Source: Bacteroidia bacterium | GTDB taxonomy: Bacteria > Bacteroidota > Bacteroidia > B-17B0 > Aurantibacillaceae | Direction of reading: 5' to 3' | NCBI GenBank assembly: GCA_016787445.1 | Contig: JAEUTQ010000015.1 | Coordinates: 769 to 64,768 of the forward strand | DNA length: 64,000 bases | Notes under the pieces: model-generated | Databases searched by the model: none | What the model was told of the DNA's origin: nothing | What the model saw: the letters and a program-made list of their open reading frames with translations, nothing else | Shown: positions 47,468-56,912 of the stretch, piece by piece | Numbering within the stretch: position 1 is the stretch's first letter | Layout: each line of letters starts with the position of its first letter | Position numbers and translations under genes: made by a program

Positions 47468-48814
47468 TTATGAAGCTATACGCTCTTCAACTTTAACTTC
47501 AAGGTCTTTTTCATTCCCTGTACCTGCTTCACTATACACCAAATAATTATAATAATACATCCAAGCAAAAAGAAAAAATCCACCATAAGTGTAGTTTCCT
47601 TGTCGCAATAGTTGAATTAAAATAAGAATTAGCAGTGCGTTAGATATAACCCAGTAATCGTCATCTTCATTAATAGTTAAACTTTTTGAAACATAAAATT
47701 TATAAATGAAGAAAAAAATGAAAAGCACGCCCATTATTCCAACTTCCGATAAAGTACGTAAGAACATAGAGTTGGCATCAGCCGAATTAAATTCATAAAT
47801 ACCTGCCAGTAAATAATTCAATTTATATTTTTTAAATGCAAGTTCATGCGAACCTAAGCCACTGCCAAAAAAAGGATTTTGTTTGAAGTTCTCCATAGCA
47901 ACGTGGTAATTATTGTAAAGCACAAATGACGATCCATGAATTTTAGGTAAAATTCTACTGACTTTATATACACGTGCAGAATGTTTCATATTGCCGGCTA
48001 ACTCGTTTTCAATAATATTATCAATGAATAAAGCTTTGGTTCCATCAATACGGGCTTTAAATTCTTGAGATTGATTATAGGCAATAAAATACAATCCAAT
48101 AACAACAGGAATAGCAACTAATACATATCGGACTAATCCATAATTTGCGGCTATTAGAATGACACTTAAAAACACACCAAAAAAAGCTAAAGACGAAAAA
48201 CTAAGAATATAAGTAGCTGTGATAATCAAACTTTTTGCTCTAGTGAGGAATTTCGGCCGATTCATTATTAATTCATAGAACGCTATAAAAAAAGCAGGAG
48301 CCATTGTTGTACCGAAATAGGAAGGTTCGCTAAACGTACTGTTAATTCGCAAACCTATACCTCCCGGACTTAACATCCATTTATTTAAAGTTATAAATGC
48401 CCGCCAATCGTATCCCGGAGTGAAACGAATCAAATAACTTATCCATTGTATAAGCCCTAATGCAGCGACTAGAAAAGCGAATTTGAGATAAACCGAAATG
48501 ATCCGTTTTATATCATAATCGTAATAATGGATTACATATCTATAAAATATTAGGTTAATAGCTATGTTAACCAAAATTTTAAAAAGATTACCAATGGTGT
48601 TGTTATCTAAGTACACATTCAACAAACCGGTAATGAGAAGTGGTATTATAACATAAAGTGTCTGTACCGGGAACTTATATTTGAAAATGAAAATAAAAAG
48701 TAAAATTATTAATGGAACATATCCCGGATAAAATTCAAAAGGCAATACCCCCTTAAACATTACGTAACCCGTAAAGAATAAGTTTAAGAATATCCCAAAG
48801 TCGATTAAGTTCAA
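47468..48814 (-). CDS. O-antigen ligase/polymerase (Wzy_C-like) family membrane protein
   Basis: 448 aa with about 10-12 TM helices and a large loop containing NFKQNPFFGSGLGSHE. The TTG start directly abuts the murB stop. Confidence 0.65.
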   Translation of the reverse strand: MNLIDFGIFLNLFFTGYVMFKGVLPFEFYPGYVPLIILLFIFIFKYKFPVQTLYVIIPLLITGLLNVYLDNNTIGNLFKILVNIAINLIFYRYVIHYYDYDIKRIISVYLKFAFLVAALGLIQWISYLIRFTPGYDWRAFITLNKWMLSPGGIGLRINSTFSEPSYFGTTMAPAFFIAFYELIMNRPKFLTRAKSLIITATYILSFSSLAFFGVFLSVILIAANYGLVRYVLVAIPVVIGLYFIAYNQSQEFKARIDGTKALFIDNIIENELAGNMKHSARVYKVSRILPKIHGSSFVLYNNYHVAMENFKQNPFFGSGLGSHELAFKKYKLNYLLAGIYEFNSADANSMFLRTLSEVGIMGVLFIFFFIYKFYVSKSLTINEDDDYWVISNALLILILIQLLRQGNYTYGGFFLFAWMYYYNYLVYSEAGTGNEKDLEVKVEERIAS

Positions 48815-49834
48815 TTAAATAATATTTACTTCGCGTTCGAGTTTAACTCCAAATTTAGCAAATACGGTCTGCAATACGTGCTCCGACAGAGAATATATTT
48901 CATCACCTTTGGCGCCACCCTTATTCACTAATACCAGAGCCTGCTTATCGTGAACCGCTGCATTTCCTGCCTGATACCCTTTTAATCCACTCTGCTCTAT
49001 GAGCCAACCTGCAGCCAGTTTATAATTTCCATTTTCTAATGGATAAGCTACTACATTTGGAAATTGGCTTTTGATTCGATCATATTCACTCAACTCTACT
49101 TCCGGATTCTTAAAAAAACTTCCGGCATTCCCTGTTACTTTTGGATCAGGCAATTTAGAAGAGCGTATGTTGATTACCGCTTGCGACACATCTTTAATTC
49201 CCGGTTGTTTAACACCCATACTTTCAAGCTCCGTATTAATTGCACCATAGCTGGTATTAAGATTTATCTTTTTACTGAGTTTGAAAGTAACCGAAATTAT
49301 TATGAATTTATTCTTTAATTCATGTTTAAACACGCTTTCACGATAACCGAAATTACACACTTCCTTCGAAAATTCTTTTCGTGTACCATCATTTAAATCT
49401 ATAGCTTCCAAACAATCAAACACATCCTTAATTTCTACACCGTAGGCTCCAATATTTTGCATCGGACTTGCACCAACACAGCCAGGAATTAATGACAAAT
49501 TCTCTAATCCTGCCAAATTTCTTTGAATACACCATTGTACAAATTCATGCCAAACTTCGCCGGCCGAAGCTTTTACAAAAACATCATCTCCCTCTTCCCT
49601 CACCACTTCAATTCCCTTAAGGTTATTCTTGATTACCAAACCATCAAAATTTTTTGTCAGTAAAATATTGCTGCCTCCCCCAATAATTAAATGTTTATTG
49701 CGTTTATACACTTCAGAATCTAATAATGCATTCAAATCAGAAACCGAATTTATCTCCACAAAATGGTTACAGGAAGCCTCTATGCCAAATGTATTATAGG
49801 GCTTCAACGAAACATTGTCGGCAATTTTAATCAT
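48815..49834 (-). CDS. murB: UDP-N-acetylenolpyruvoylglucosamine reductase
   Basis: 339 aa. SLKPYNTFGIEA, IIGGGSNIL, GLENLSLIPGCVGASPMQNIGAYG, GYRESVFK, AGSFFKNP. Confidence 0.9.
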   Translation of the reverse strand: MIKIADNVSLKPYNTFGIEASCNHFVEINSVSDLNALLDSEVYKRNKHLIIGGGSNILLTKNFDGLVIKNNLKGIEVVREEGDDVFVKASAGEVWHEFVQWCIQRNLAGLENLSLIPGCVGASPMQNIGAYGVEIKDVFDCLEAIDLNDGTRKEFSKEVCNFGYRESVFKHELKNKFIIISVTFKLSKKINLNTSYGAINTELESMGVKQPGIKDVSQAVINIRSSKLPDPKVTGNAGSFFKNPEVELSEYDRIKSQFPNVVAYPLENGNYKLAAGWLIEQSGLKGYQAGNAAVHDKQALVLVNKGGAKGDEIYSLSEHVLQTVFAKFGVKLEREVNII

Positions 49835-49900
49835 ATTTCAAATGTACGCATATAGGCAGGCTTAATTTTTTTAACTTTAGGGGCAATATCAACAAAAACC

Positions 49901-51025
49901 TTGTTTACAACTACAAATAAAACTGTTATCCTGAGCGTGATTAATGATCTGGCCACCGACCAACGTGTATTGCGCTCTGCTAATGTGTTAAAGGAACAAG
50001 GTTATGAGGTTCTTTTATTCGGACGGGAATTAAAAAATTCGCCTTCTGTAGCACATTTACCCTATCAAACAAAACGAATTAAAATGCTATTTACGAGTGG
50101 CCCCGCATTTTATTTGTTTTTCAATTTGCGCCTGTTACTATTTCTCTTAAAACATAAAAGCACTTTACTTTTTGCCAATGATTTAGATACCCTTTGGCCG
50201 AATTATTTTGTTGCCAAACTCAGAAAGCTTCCCTTGATTTATGATAGTCATGAAATTTTCTGCGAAGTTCCGGAACTTCAGAAAACACCCTTAAAAAAGA
50301 AAATTTGGGAATCGCTTGAAGCGAAAATTATCCCTAAGCTCACTTATTGTATTACTGTTAATCAAAGTATTGCCGACTATTTCAATCAGAAGTATAAGGT
50401 TAATTTCGTAGCGGTTCGCAATATTCCTGAAACCGTCACCCAAACTCCGAAAACTAAAACGCAGCTCGGGATGCCTTCAAACAAAACCATTTTAATTTTA
50501 CAAGGGGCAGGAATAAACATTCAGCGCGGTGCAGAAGAACTCGTTGAGGCCATGCAATATGTTGATAAAGCGCATTTGTATATCATTGGCGGCGGTGATG
50601 TTTTTGAGACCTTAAAAAAATCAGTAAAGCAATTAAACCTTGGGCATAAAATCACCATCAAAGAAAAAATGCCTAAATCCGAATTACAACATTATACATT
50701 CAATTCCGATATTGGAATTAGCATTGACAAAGACTCAAATCTGAATTATCATTATAGCTTACCAAATAAATTTTTTGATTACACCCAAGCCAATTTGGCT
50801 GTTTTAGCCACTCGCTTACCTGAAATCGAGAAATTAATTAACACCTACAATGTCGGATGCTTCATCAATCATCATGAACCACAACACATTGCTAATACCA
50901 TCAACGATATGATTGAATCCGGTAAACTTTCCGAATGGAAAAACAATTGTCAACGTTTAAACCAAGAAAATAATTGGGAGATTGAAAAACAAAAACTTAT
51001 TCAAGTCATAACATCCATTCATTAA
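49901..51025 (+). CDS. Glycosyltransferase (GT-B, family 4-like)
   Basis: 374 aa with a TTG start. [50 protein letters not shown]. Divergent from murB across a 66-nt spacer. Confidence 0.6.
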   Translation: MFTTTNKTVILSVINDLATDQRVLRSANVLKEQGYEVLLFGRELKNSPSVAHLPYQTKRIKMLFTSGPAFYLFFNLRLLLFLLKHKSTLLFANDLDTLWPNYFVAKLRKLPLIYDSHEIFCEVPELQKTPLKKKIWESLEAKIIPKLTYCITVNQSIADYFNQKYKVNFVAVRNIPETVTQTPKTKTQLGMPSNKTILILQGAGINIQRGAEELVEAMQYVDKAHLYIIGGGDVFETLKKSVKQLNLGHKITIKEKMPKSELQHYTFNSDIGISIDKDSNLNYHYSLPNKFFDYTQANLAVLATRLPEIEKLINTYNVGCFINHHEPQHIANTINDMIESGKLSEWKNNCQRLNQENNWEIEKQKLIQVITSIH

Positions 51026-51042
51026 TTTTTTTACTTTTAGGC

Positions 51043-52080
51043 ATGGAATTTTCAGCACAACAAATTGCAGGATTATTAGGCGGAACCATTGAAGGAAATG
51101 AAAACGCCAAAGTTTCTAATTTATCCAAAATTGAAGAAGGAAAACCCGGAACACTTTCGTTCTTGGCTAATCCATTATACACACCGCATATTTACGAAAC
51201 GGATGCCAGCATTGTTATCGTAAACAAAACACTTCAACTCGACAAACCGGTAAAATCTACCTGCACGTTAATTCGTGTGGATGATGCTTACGGATGTTTT
51301 GCCAAACTGCTTGAAATGTACAATCAGTTTAAACTGAATAAAACCGGCATCGAACAACCTTCGCATATTTCAAAAACAGCCACACTCGGAAAAGATTGTT
51401 ATGTTGGTGCCTTTGCTTATATCGGTGAAAATGTAAAAATTGGCAACAACGTAAAAATATACCCGCAATGTTACATTGGTGATAATACCACAATTGGCGA
51501 CGACTGCACCTTTTATGCCGGCGTTAAAATTTACCACGATTGTGTAGTTGGAAAGGATGTCACCATTCACGCCAGCACCGTTGTTGGAAGTGACGGATTT
51601 GGTTTTGCTCCTAACTCAGAAAACAATTATAAAAAAGTACCGCAAATAGGAAATGTGATTATTGAAGACCACGTTGAAATCGGTTCCAATACTTCCATCG
51701 ATCGCGCTACACTAGGCTCAACGATTATTCGCAAAGGGGTTAAATTAGATAACCTTATCCAAATTGCACATAATGTTGAAGTGGGAGAAAACACGGTTAT
51801 GGCTGGAGGCGCATTTATTGCAGGCTCAACCAAAATTGGAAAAAACGTAATGATTGGCGGACAAGCCGGTGTAATTGGACATTTAAAAGTAGCTGACGGT
51901 GTGAAAATTGCAGGGCAATCCGGTGTGGGAAGTAATATTGAAACCGAGAATGAAATCGTTCAAGGTTCCCCGGCATTTGGTATTGGAGAATACAAACGCG
52001 CTTATGTTTTATTCAGAGGATTACCTAAACTAAACGAAAGAGTACGTGAGCTTGAAAAACAGCTTAAAAACTCTAAATAA
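51043..52080 (+). CDS. lpxD: UDP-3-O-acylglucosamine N-acyltransferase
   Basis: 345 aa. [12 protein letters not shown], hexapeptide repeats, [28 protein letters not shown]. Confidence 0.9.
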   Translation: MEFSAQQIAGLLGGTIEGNENAKVSNLSKIEEGKPGTLSFLANPLYTPHIYETDASIVIVNKTLQLDKPVKSTCTLIRVDDAYGCFAKLLEMYNQFKLNKTGIEQPSHISKTATLGKDCYVGAFAYIGENVKIGNNVKIYPQCYIGDNTTIGDDCTFYAGVKIYHDCVVGKDVTIHASTVVGSDGFGFAPNSENNYKKVPQIGNVIIEDHVEIGSNTSIDRATLGSTIIRKGVKLDNLIQIAHNVEVGENTVMAGGAFIAGSTKIGKNVMIGGQAGVIGHLKVADGVKIAGQSGVGSNIETENEIVQGSPAFGIGEYKRAYVLFRGLPKLNERVRELEKQLKNSK

Positions 52081-52166
52081 AATCTCAAAAACGAGACCCT
52101 CTATTTAGCAAAAATTGCTTATTTTAGCCCTTAGCAGATTTTCTGCCTAATTCTGTATTTTTTATA

Positions 52167-53585
52167 ATGAGCGATAAACAGCATACCATCAAACAAAAAG
52201 TATCGGTTACAGGCGTTGGCTTACATACCGGTAAAAAAGTAACATTAACTTTTAATCCTGCACCGGAAAATCATTGGTTCAAATTTCAACGTACTGACGT
52301 CGAGGGTCAACCAATTATTGAAGCGGATGCCGATTTAGTGGTAGATACCTCCCGTGGTACAACCTTAGAAAAAAATGGTGTTCGTGTACACACCACTGAA
52401 CATGTTTTGGCCGCCTTAGTTGGACTAGGAATCGACAATTGTTTAATACAGGTTGACGGTCCGGAAATGCCGATTATGGATGGCAGTTCCTGGAAATTCA
52501 TTGAAGCTTTAGAAGCAGCTGAGATTGTTGAACAGGATGCAGAACGCGAATATTTTGAATTGACTGAAAACTTAACATACGAAGATCCGATTAAGAAAGT
52601 TGAGATGTTGGCGGTACCTCAAGAAACATTCCGTGTTACTGTAATGGTTGACTACAATAGTGAAGTTTTAGGTACTCAACATGCGGGCATGTATCACATT
52701 GGTGAGTTTAAAGAAGAAATTTCAAAATGCCGCACCTTCGTATTCCTTCACGAATTAGAAGCATTGTTAGCTCACAATTTAATTAAGGGTGGTGATTTAG
52801 ATAATGCCATTGTGTTAGTTGAAAACGAATTACCAAAGGAGAAATTGGATCACCTTAAAAAATTATTTAATAAAGAACATGTTGAAGTAAAAGGACGTGG
52901 TGTACTCAACAACACTAAACTTCACTTCTATAACGAACCGGCTCGTCATAAACTATTAGACATTGTTGGCGATCTTGCTCTTGCCGGAAAACCAATGAAG
53001 ATTCACGTACTTGCTGCTCGTCCGGGTCATGCCGGAAACGTTGCCTTTGCAAAGAAAATTAAGGAGGTAATGAAAAAACAGAAAAACGAGCGCATGGTTC
53101 CTAAGTTGGATTTAACTGCTACCCCGGTATGCAACGTTCGTGATATTCAAACTATTTTACCTCATCGTCCGCCATTTTTAATGGTAGATAAAATTTTAGA
53201 ATTAACGCCGGAATATGTGATTGGTGTAAAAAATGTAACCATGACAGAATTCTGGACAGCAGGCCATTTCCCTGATGAACCAATTATGCCTGGTGTATTA
53301 ATTGTTGAAGCCTTAGCACAAACAGGCGGTGTGTTATGTTTAAAAACAGTTCCGGATCCGGAAAACTATCAAACCTATTTCTTAAAAATTGAAAACGCTA
53401 AGTTTAAACAAAAAGTAGTACCGGGTGATACACTTGTTTTCAGAATGGACTTAGTGGATCCTATTCGCCGCGGTATGTGTCACATGAAAGGCTTGGCTTA
53501 TGTAGGCAACAAATTAGTTTGTGAGGCTGACATGACAGCACAAATTGTAAAAGTTAGAAATTTAGATAAACCGGTTGTTGCGTAA
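52167..53585 (+). CDS. lpxC-fabZ: Bifunctional UDP-3-O-acyl-GlcNAc deacetylase / 3-hydroxyacyl-ACP dehydratase
   Basis: 472 aa. The LpxC half has QHTIK..VTGVGLHTG, TTEHVLAAL, DGS and HKLLD.VGDLAL. The FabZ half has ILPHRPPFLMVDKI, GHFP..PIMPGVLIVEALAQ. This fusion is typical of Bacteroidota. Confidence 0.9.
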   Translation: MSDKQHTIKQKVSVTGVGLHTGKKVTLTFNPAPENHWFKFQRTDVEGQPIIEADADLVVDTSRGTTLEKNGVRVHTTEHVLAALVGLGIDNCLIQVDGPEMPIMDGSSWKFIEALEAAEIVEQDAEREYFELTENLTYEDPIKKVEMLAVPQETFRVTVMVDYNSEVLGTQHAGMYHIGEFKEEISKCRTFVFLHELEALLAHNLIKGGDLDNAIVLVENELPKEKLDHLKKLFNKEHVEVKGRGVLNNTKLHFYNEPARHKLLDIVGDLALAGKPMKIHVLAARPGHAGNVAFAKKIKEVMKKQKNERMVPKLDLTATPVCNVRDIQTILPHRPPFLMVDKILELTPEYVIGVKNVTMTEFWTAGHFPDEPIMPGVLIVEALAQTGGVLCLKTVPDPENYQTYFLKIENAKFKQKVVPGDTLVFRMDLVDPIRRGMCHMKGLAYVGNKLVCEADMTAQIVKVRNLDKPVVA

Positions 53586-53587
53586 TT

Positions 53588-54361
53588 ATGATTTCTAATC
53601 TTGCAAACGTTAGCCCTAAGGCAAAAATTGGTAACAATGTAAAAATTGAAGCCTTCGCCACTGTGTACGAAGGTGTGGAAATTGGTGACAACACCTGGAT
53701 TGGTCCGAATGCTGTCATTTTTCCTGATACAATAATTGGTCACGACTGTAAAATTTTTCCGGGTGCTTGTATTGGTCCGGTTTCACAAGATTTAAAATAT
53801 CGCGGAGAACCAGCTAATACTGTGGTAGGAAATAACACGGTGATTCGCGAATACGTTACCATTCATAAAGGTACGGCAGACAGAATGACCACTAAGGTTG
53901 GCGACAATTGTTTATTGATGGCTTATGTTCACATTGCGCACGATTGCATTATTGGTAACAATGTTATCATGGCAAGTTATGCAGGCTTGTCAGGACATAT
54001 CACTATTGAAGATTACGCTATTTTGGAAGGGAATGTTGGCGCACAACAATTCACTACAGTTGGCGCACATGCCTTTGTAGCCGGTAGCGGACAAATACGT
54101 AAAAGTGTACCGCCATATATTCGTGTAGCGCGTGAACCACTTCAGTATATTGGTGTAAATACCGTTGGCTTAACCCGTAGAGGATTTTCAAAAGAAAAAA
54201 TTCAGGAAATAGAAAATATTTACCGTACCATTTTTGTACACAACAACTCCATTACCAAAGCACTTGACATTGTGGAAGCTGAAATGCCCGAAACTGAAGT
54301 CAGAAACCAAATTATCAACTTCATTAGGGGTTGTAAAGATGGTGTAGTAAAAGGAGTTTAA
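53588..54361 (+). CDS. lpxA: Acyl-ACP--UDP-GlcNAc O-acyltransferase
   Basis: 257 aa with hexapeptide repeats. QDLKYRGE, VGNNTVIREYVTIHKGT, AHDC.IGN, GLTRRGFS. Confidence 0.9.
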   Translation: MISNLANVSPKAKIGNNVKIEAFATVYEGVEIGDNTWIGPNAVIFPDTIIGHDCKIFPGACIGPVSQDLKYRGEPANTVVGNNTVIREYVTIHKGTADRMTTKVGDNCLLMAYVHIAHDCIIGNNVIMASYAGLSGHITIEDYAILEGNVGAQQFTTVGAHAFVAGSGQIRKSVPPYIRVAREPLQYIGVNTVGLTRRGFSKEKIQEIENIYRTIFVHNNSITKALDIVEAEMPETEVRNQIINFIRGCKDGVVKGV

Positions 54362-54372
54362 TTTGAGTTTAT

Positions 54373-54402
54373 TCGTCATTGCGAGGAGGAACGACGAAGC
54401 AA
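54373..54402. repeat. Solitary half-copy of a GTCATT...AATC-type Bacteroidota intergenic repeat
   Basis: cgtcattgcgaggaggaacgacgaagcaatc. Its termini resemble the arms of family B at 21380-21443. No partner arm is nearby. Confidence 0.4.
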
Positions 54403-54409
54403 TCTGTTT

Positions 54410-55051
54410 ATGCCAAGTACTAACCTACACATACAGTTAAACGACATTGGAAAGAAATTTGGTAAAGAATGGATTTTTAAAAACATTAATCTTACCATTG
54501 ATTCAGGAGATAAATTAGTTATACTTGGCGGCAACGGCTCCGGAAAATCAACTTTACTTCAAATTATCTCGGGTTACGTTTTACCAAATGCGGGGAATTT
54601 AAACTATAACATTGACGGGAAATCCATCGACAAAGAAGAATACCAGAAATATTTAAGTCTGGCTTCACCCTACCTTGATTTAATTGAAGATTACACATTG
54701 GAGGAAATCATCAATCATTGTGCGATCTACAAACCCTTTTTAAAAGACTTAGATACAACAAAAATTATTGAATTAAGCGGACTAAGCGCCGCAAAAAACA
54801 AATTCATTAAAAACTATAGCAGCGGCATGCGCCAGCGTGTGAGGTTAACCTTAGCCATATTAGCCGATTGCGAACTTTTACTGCTGGATGAACCCGTATC
54901 CAACCTTGATAAAAATGCCATCGACTGGTTTAAAGGTTTAGTTAAGGATTACGCCTCGCATAAAACCATCATAGTATGCTCAAATTCCATTAAGGAAGAG
55001 TTTGAATTCTGTACAAAAGAATTAAATGTATCGGATTATAAAAAATTTTAA
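54410..55051 (+). CDS. ABC transporter ATP-binding protein (no adjacent permease)
   Basis: 213 aa. Walker A GGNGSGKST, signature YSSGMRQRV, Walker B LLLLDEP. Confidence 0.8.
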   Translation: MPSTNLHIQLNDIGKKFGKEWIFKNINLTIDSGDKLVILGGNGSGKSTLLQIISGYVLPNAGNLNYNIDGKSIDKEEYQKYLSLASPYLDLIEDYTLEEIINHCAIYKPFLKDLDTTKIIELSGLSAAKNKFIKNYSSGMRQRVRLTLAILADCELLLLDEPVSNLDKNAIDWFKGLVKDYASHKTIIVCSNSIKEEFEFCTKELNVSDYKKF

Positions 55052-55253
55052 AAGATTTTTTCACTTATTTAAGTGCTAAAAATTAAATGGCAACGGTTAA
55101 ATATCGTGTAAAAGCCACCACTTATTAATTAGATACGGTCATCTATATCATCTTGCTTTATTTTCATTTCTTAGTTTATAGCTTTGTTTAACTAACAGAA
55201 TAATAAACAAAATTTCACTTGCATTTTACACGTTTTATTTTACCTTTGGTTAA

Positions 55254-56198
55254 ATGATAAAATCACTTAAAATACTATTTATTTATTGTTTTGTGTTTTT
55301 ACTTTCTAAAATCACAGCACAAACTAATCTCGTTATTAATCCATCCTTCGAAATGTTTACGGGTTGTCCAAGCAGCACTTCAGGTGAAATAAATAAAGCT
55401 ATTGGATGGGATACTTGTAGGAATTCAGCGGATTATTTCAACTTTTGTGGCATTACTTCGGATGTTCAAATACCAAAAAATTATTTCGGATTCCAATACC
55501 CATTGAATGGTAACGCTTATTGTGGTTTTGCCACATATTCGGCTGGTAGTCCAAGTGGTCCTTATCGTGAAATGATTATAGGTCAACTTTCTGCTGCATT
55601 AGTTGTTTCACAAAAATACTATATTTCATATAGCTTATCTAGAGCAGATAGTAATACAATTGTTGGCTATAGTACTAATAATACTGGTATTAAATTTACG
55701 AAAGTGAAGCAGAGTTACGTTCCAGTTAATAATTCAGCCCATTTTTTTAATAACAATATCATTTCAGACACTGTGACTTGGACAAAACAATTCGGATCTT
55801 TTATAGCCGATTCAGCATATAACTTTATTATGATTGGTAATTTTTTTGATGATTCCAATACAAATACCTTCAATCATGGTAATGGGGTAGTTGCCTATTA
55901 CTATATTGATGATATTTGCGTTAGTACAGATTCACTTTTTACAAAAAATTATGCTACAAGTTTGAATAACTTCTCATATGAAAGTGAAACAAGCATTTTT
56001 CCAAATCCTGCTGAAATTTTTTTTACACTTTCAAATCATGATGAGTGTGAAATAATAGTTTCTAATGTCTTGGGTGATATAATTTTCAAAACCTTAGTTA
56101 AAAGCACAAACCAAAAAATCGATTGTACTTCATGGGCAAGTGGAATTTATTTTATAAAGTCAAGTAAAAATAAGTTTAAAATAATAGTTGATCATTAA
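55254..56198 (+). CDS. Secreted hypothetical protein with a type-A T9SS C-terminal sorting domain
   Basis: 314 aa with a signal peptide. C-terminus IFPNPAEIFFTLS..GIYFIKSSKNKFKIIVDH. The N-terminal region has no recognised catalytic motif. Confidence 0.6.
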   Translation: MIKSLKILFIYCFVFLLSKITAQTNLVINPSFEMFTGCPSSTSGEINKAIGWDTCRNSADYFNFCGITSDVQIPKNYFGFQYPLNGNAYCGFATYSAGSPSGPYREMIIGQLSAALVVSQKYYISYSLSRADSNTIVGYSTNNTGIKFTKVKQSYVPVNNSAHFFNNNIISDTVTWTKQFGSFIADSAYNFIMIGNFFDDSNTNTFNHGNGVVAYYYIDDICVSTDSLFTKNYATSLNNFSYESETSIFPNPAEIFFTLSNHDECEIIVSNVLGDIIFKTLVKSTNQKIDCTSWASGIYFIKSSKNKFKIIVDH

Positions 56199-56209
56199 AC
56201 AAAAACAGC

Positions 56210-56474
56210 ATGAAAAAACGAATAATCATAACATCGATTATACTCTTGATAATTAATCGTCAAGAAATCCTAGCCCAGGGCGGCACAGGAGGTAATAATA
56301 GCCCATTGCATTAATACAAAATTAAGATCAGTTTCTAAGGAACCTTGCTACAAATTATAGCTTTTTGCGCGAAATATGGATTTAAAATCCGCGCCAACAT
56401 ACAGCATGTATACTTACAGTTTAGTTGTTGACGGAAATATAATTGACACCAAAAAAATGGTTAAGAGCGAATAA
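56210..56474 (+). pseudogene. Remnant of a T9SS cargo gene (signal peptide stub plus the end of a CTD)
   Basis: ATG 56210 opens a 34-codon ORF, MKKRIIITSIILLIINRQEILAQGGTGGNNSPLH*, which is signal-peptide-like. In another frame, 56376-56474 encodes MDLKSAPTYSMYTYSLVVDGNIIDTKKMVKSE*, which resembles the last strands of a Por secretion tail. Confidence 0.45.
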
Positions 56475-56494
56475 AAATTAATTTGATTTAACTA

Positions 56495-56531
56495 AAAAGC
56501 CCCGGTTTTCCCAAAATCCAGGGGCTTTTTT
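56495..56531 (+). terminator. Rho-independent terminator
   Basis: aaaaagcccc-[loop]-ggggcttttttt, 20 nt after the remnant ORF. Confidence 0.65.
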
Positions 56532-56559
56532 ATTAGCGCTTAATGCTTATCTTTACCTC

Positions 56560-56661
56560 ATGAATAAAATGGATTTCAGCGACTGGTTTATTATTGCATT
56601 TGTTGCTACCATTTTCTTTATTGGTGCTATTACCATTTATAAATTCATGCGTAAAAAATGA
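56560..56661 (+). CDS. Small single-pass membrane protein (33 aa) overlapping the tatA start
   Basis: Hand-found, below the track cut-off. MNKMDFSDWFIIAFVATIFFIGAITIYKFMRKK has one hydrophobic helix and a basic tail. Its TGA overlaps the tatA ATG (ATGA at 56658-56661). Confidence 0.4.
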   Translation: MNKMDFSDWFIIAFVATIFFIGAITIYKFMRKK

Positions 56662-56909
56662 CGAACGCTTTACATATTCTTTTCTTAAACCTTGGCGGCG
56701 GCGAAGTGGTGATGATATTGTTTGTGATTTTACTTTTATTTGGAGGTAAAGGCATTCCTAATATTGCAAAAGCATTAGGCAAAGGTATACGTGAATTTAA
56801 AGACGCCAGTGAAGGTATTAAACGTGATATTCAAGAAAGCACCGGTGGCATCACCAATCAGGTCCACGAACAAATTCAGGAAATAAAAAAAGAGATAGAG
56901 GACAAGTAA
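56658..56909 (+). CDS. tatA: Twin-arginine translocase subunit TatA/E
   Basis: 83 aa. GGGEVVMILFVILLLFGGKGIPNIAKALGKGIREFKDA is the TatA TM-hinge-amphipathic helix signature. The start could instead be GTG/ATG near 56706-56714. Confidence 0.85.
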   Translation: MTNALHILFLNLGGGEVVMILFVILLLFGGKGIPNIAKALGKGIREFKDASEGIKRDIQESTGGITNQVHEQIQEIKKEIEDK

Positions 56910-56912
56910 GGT

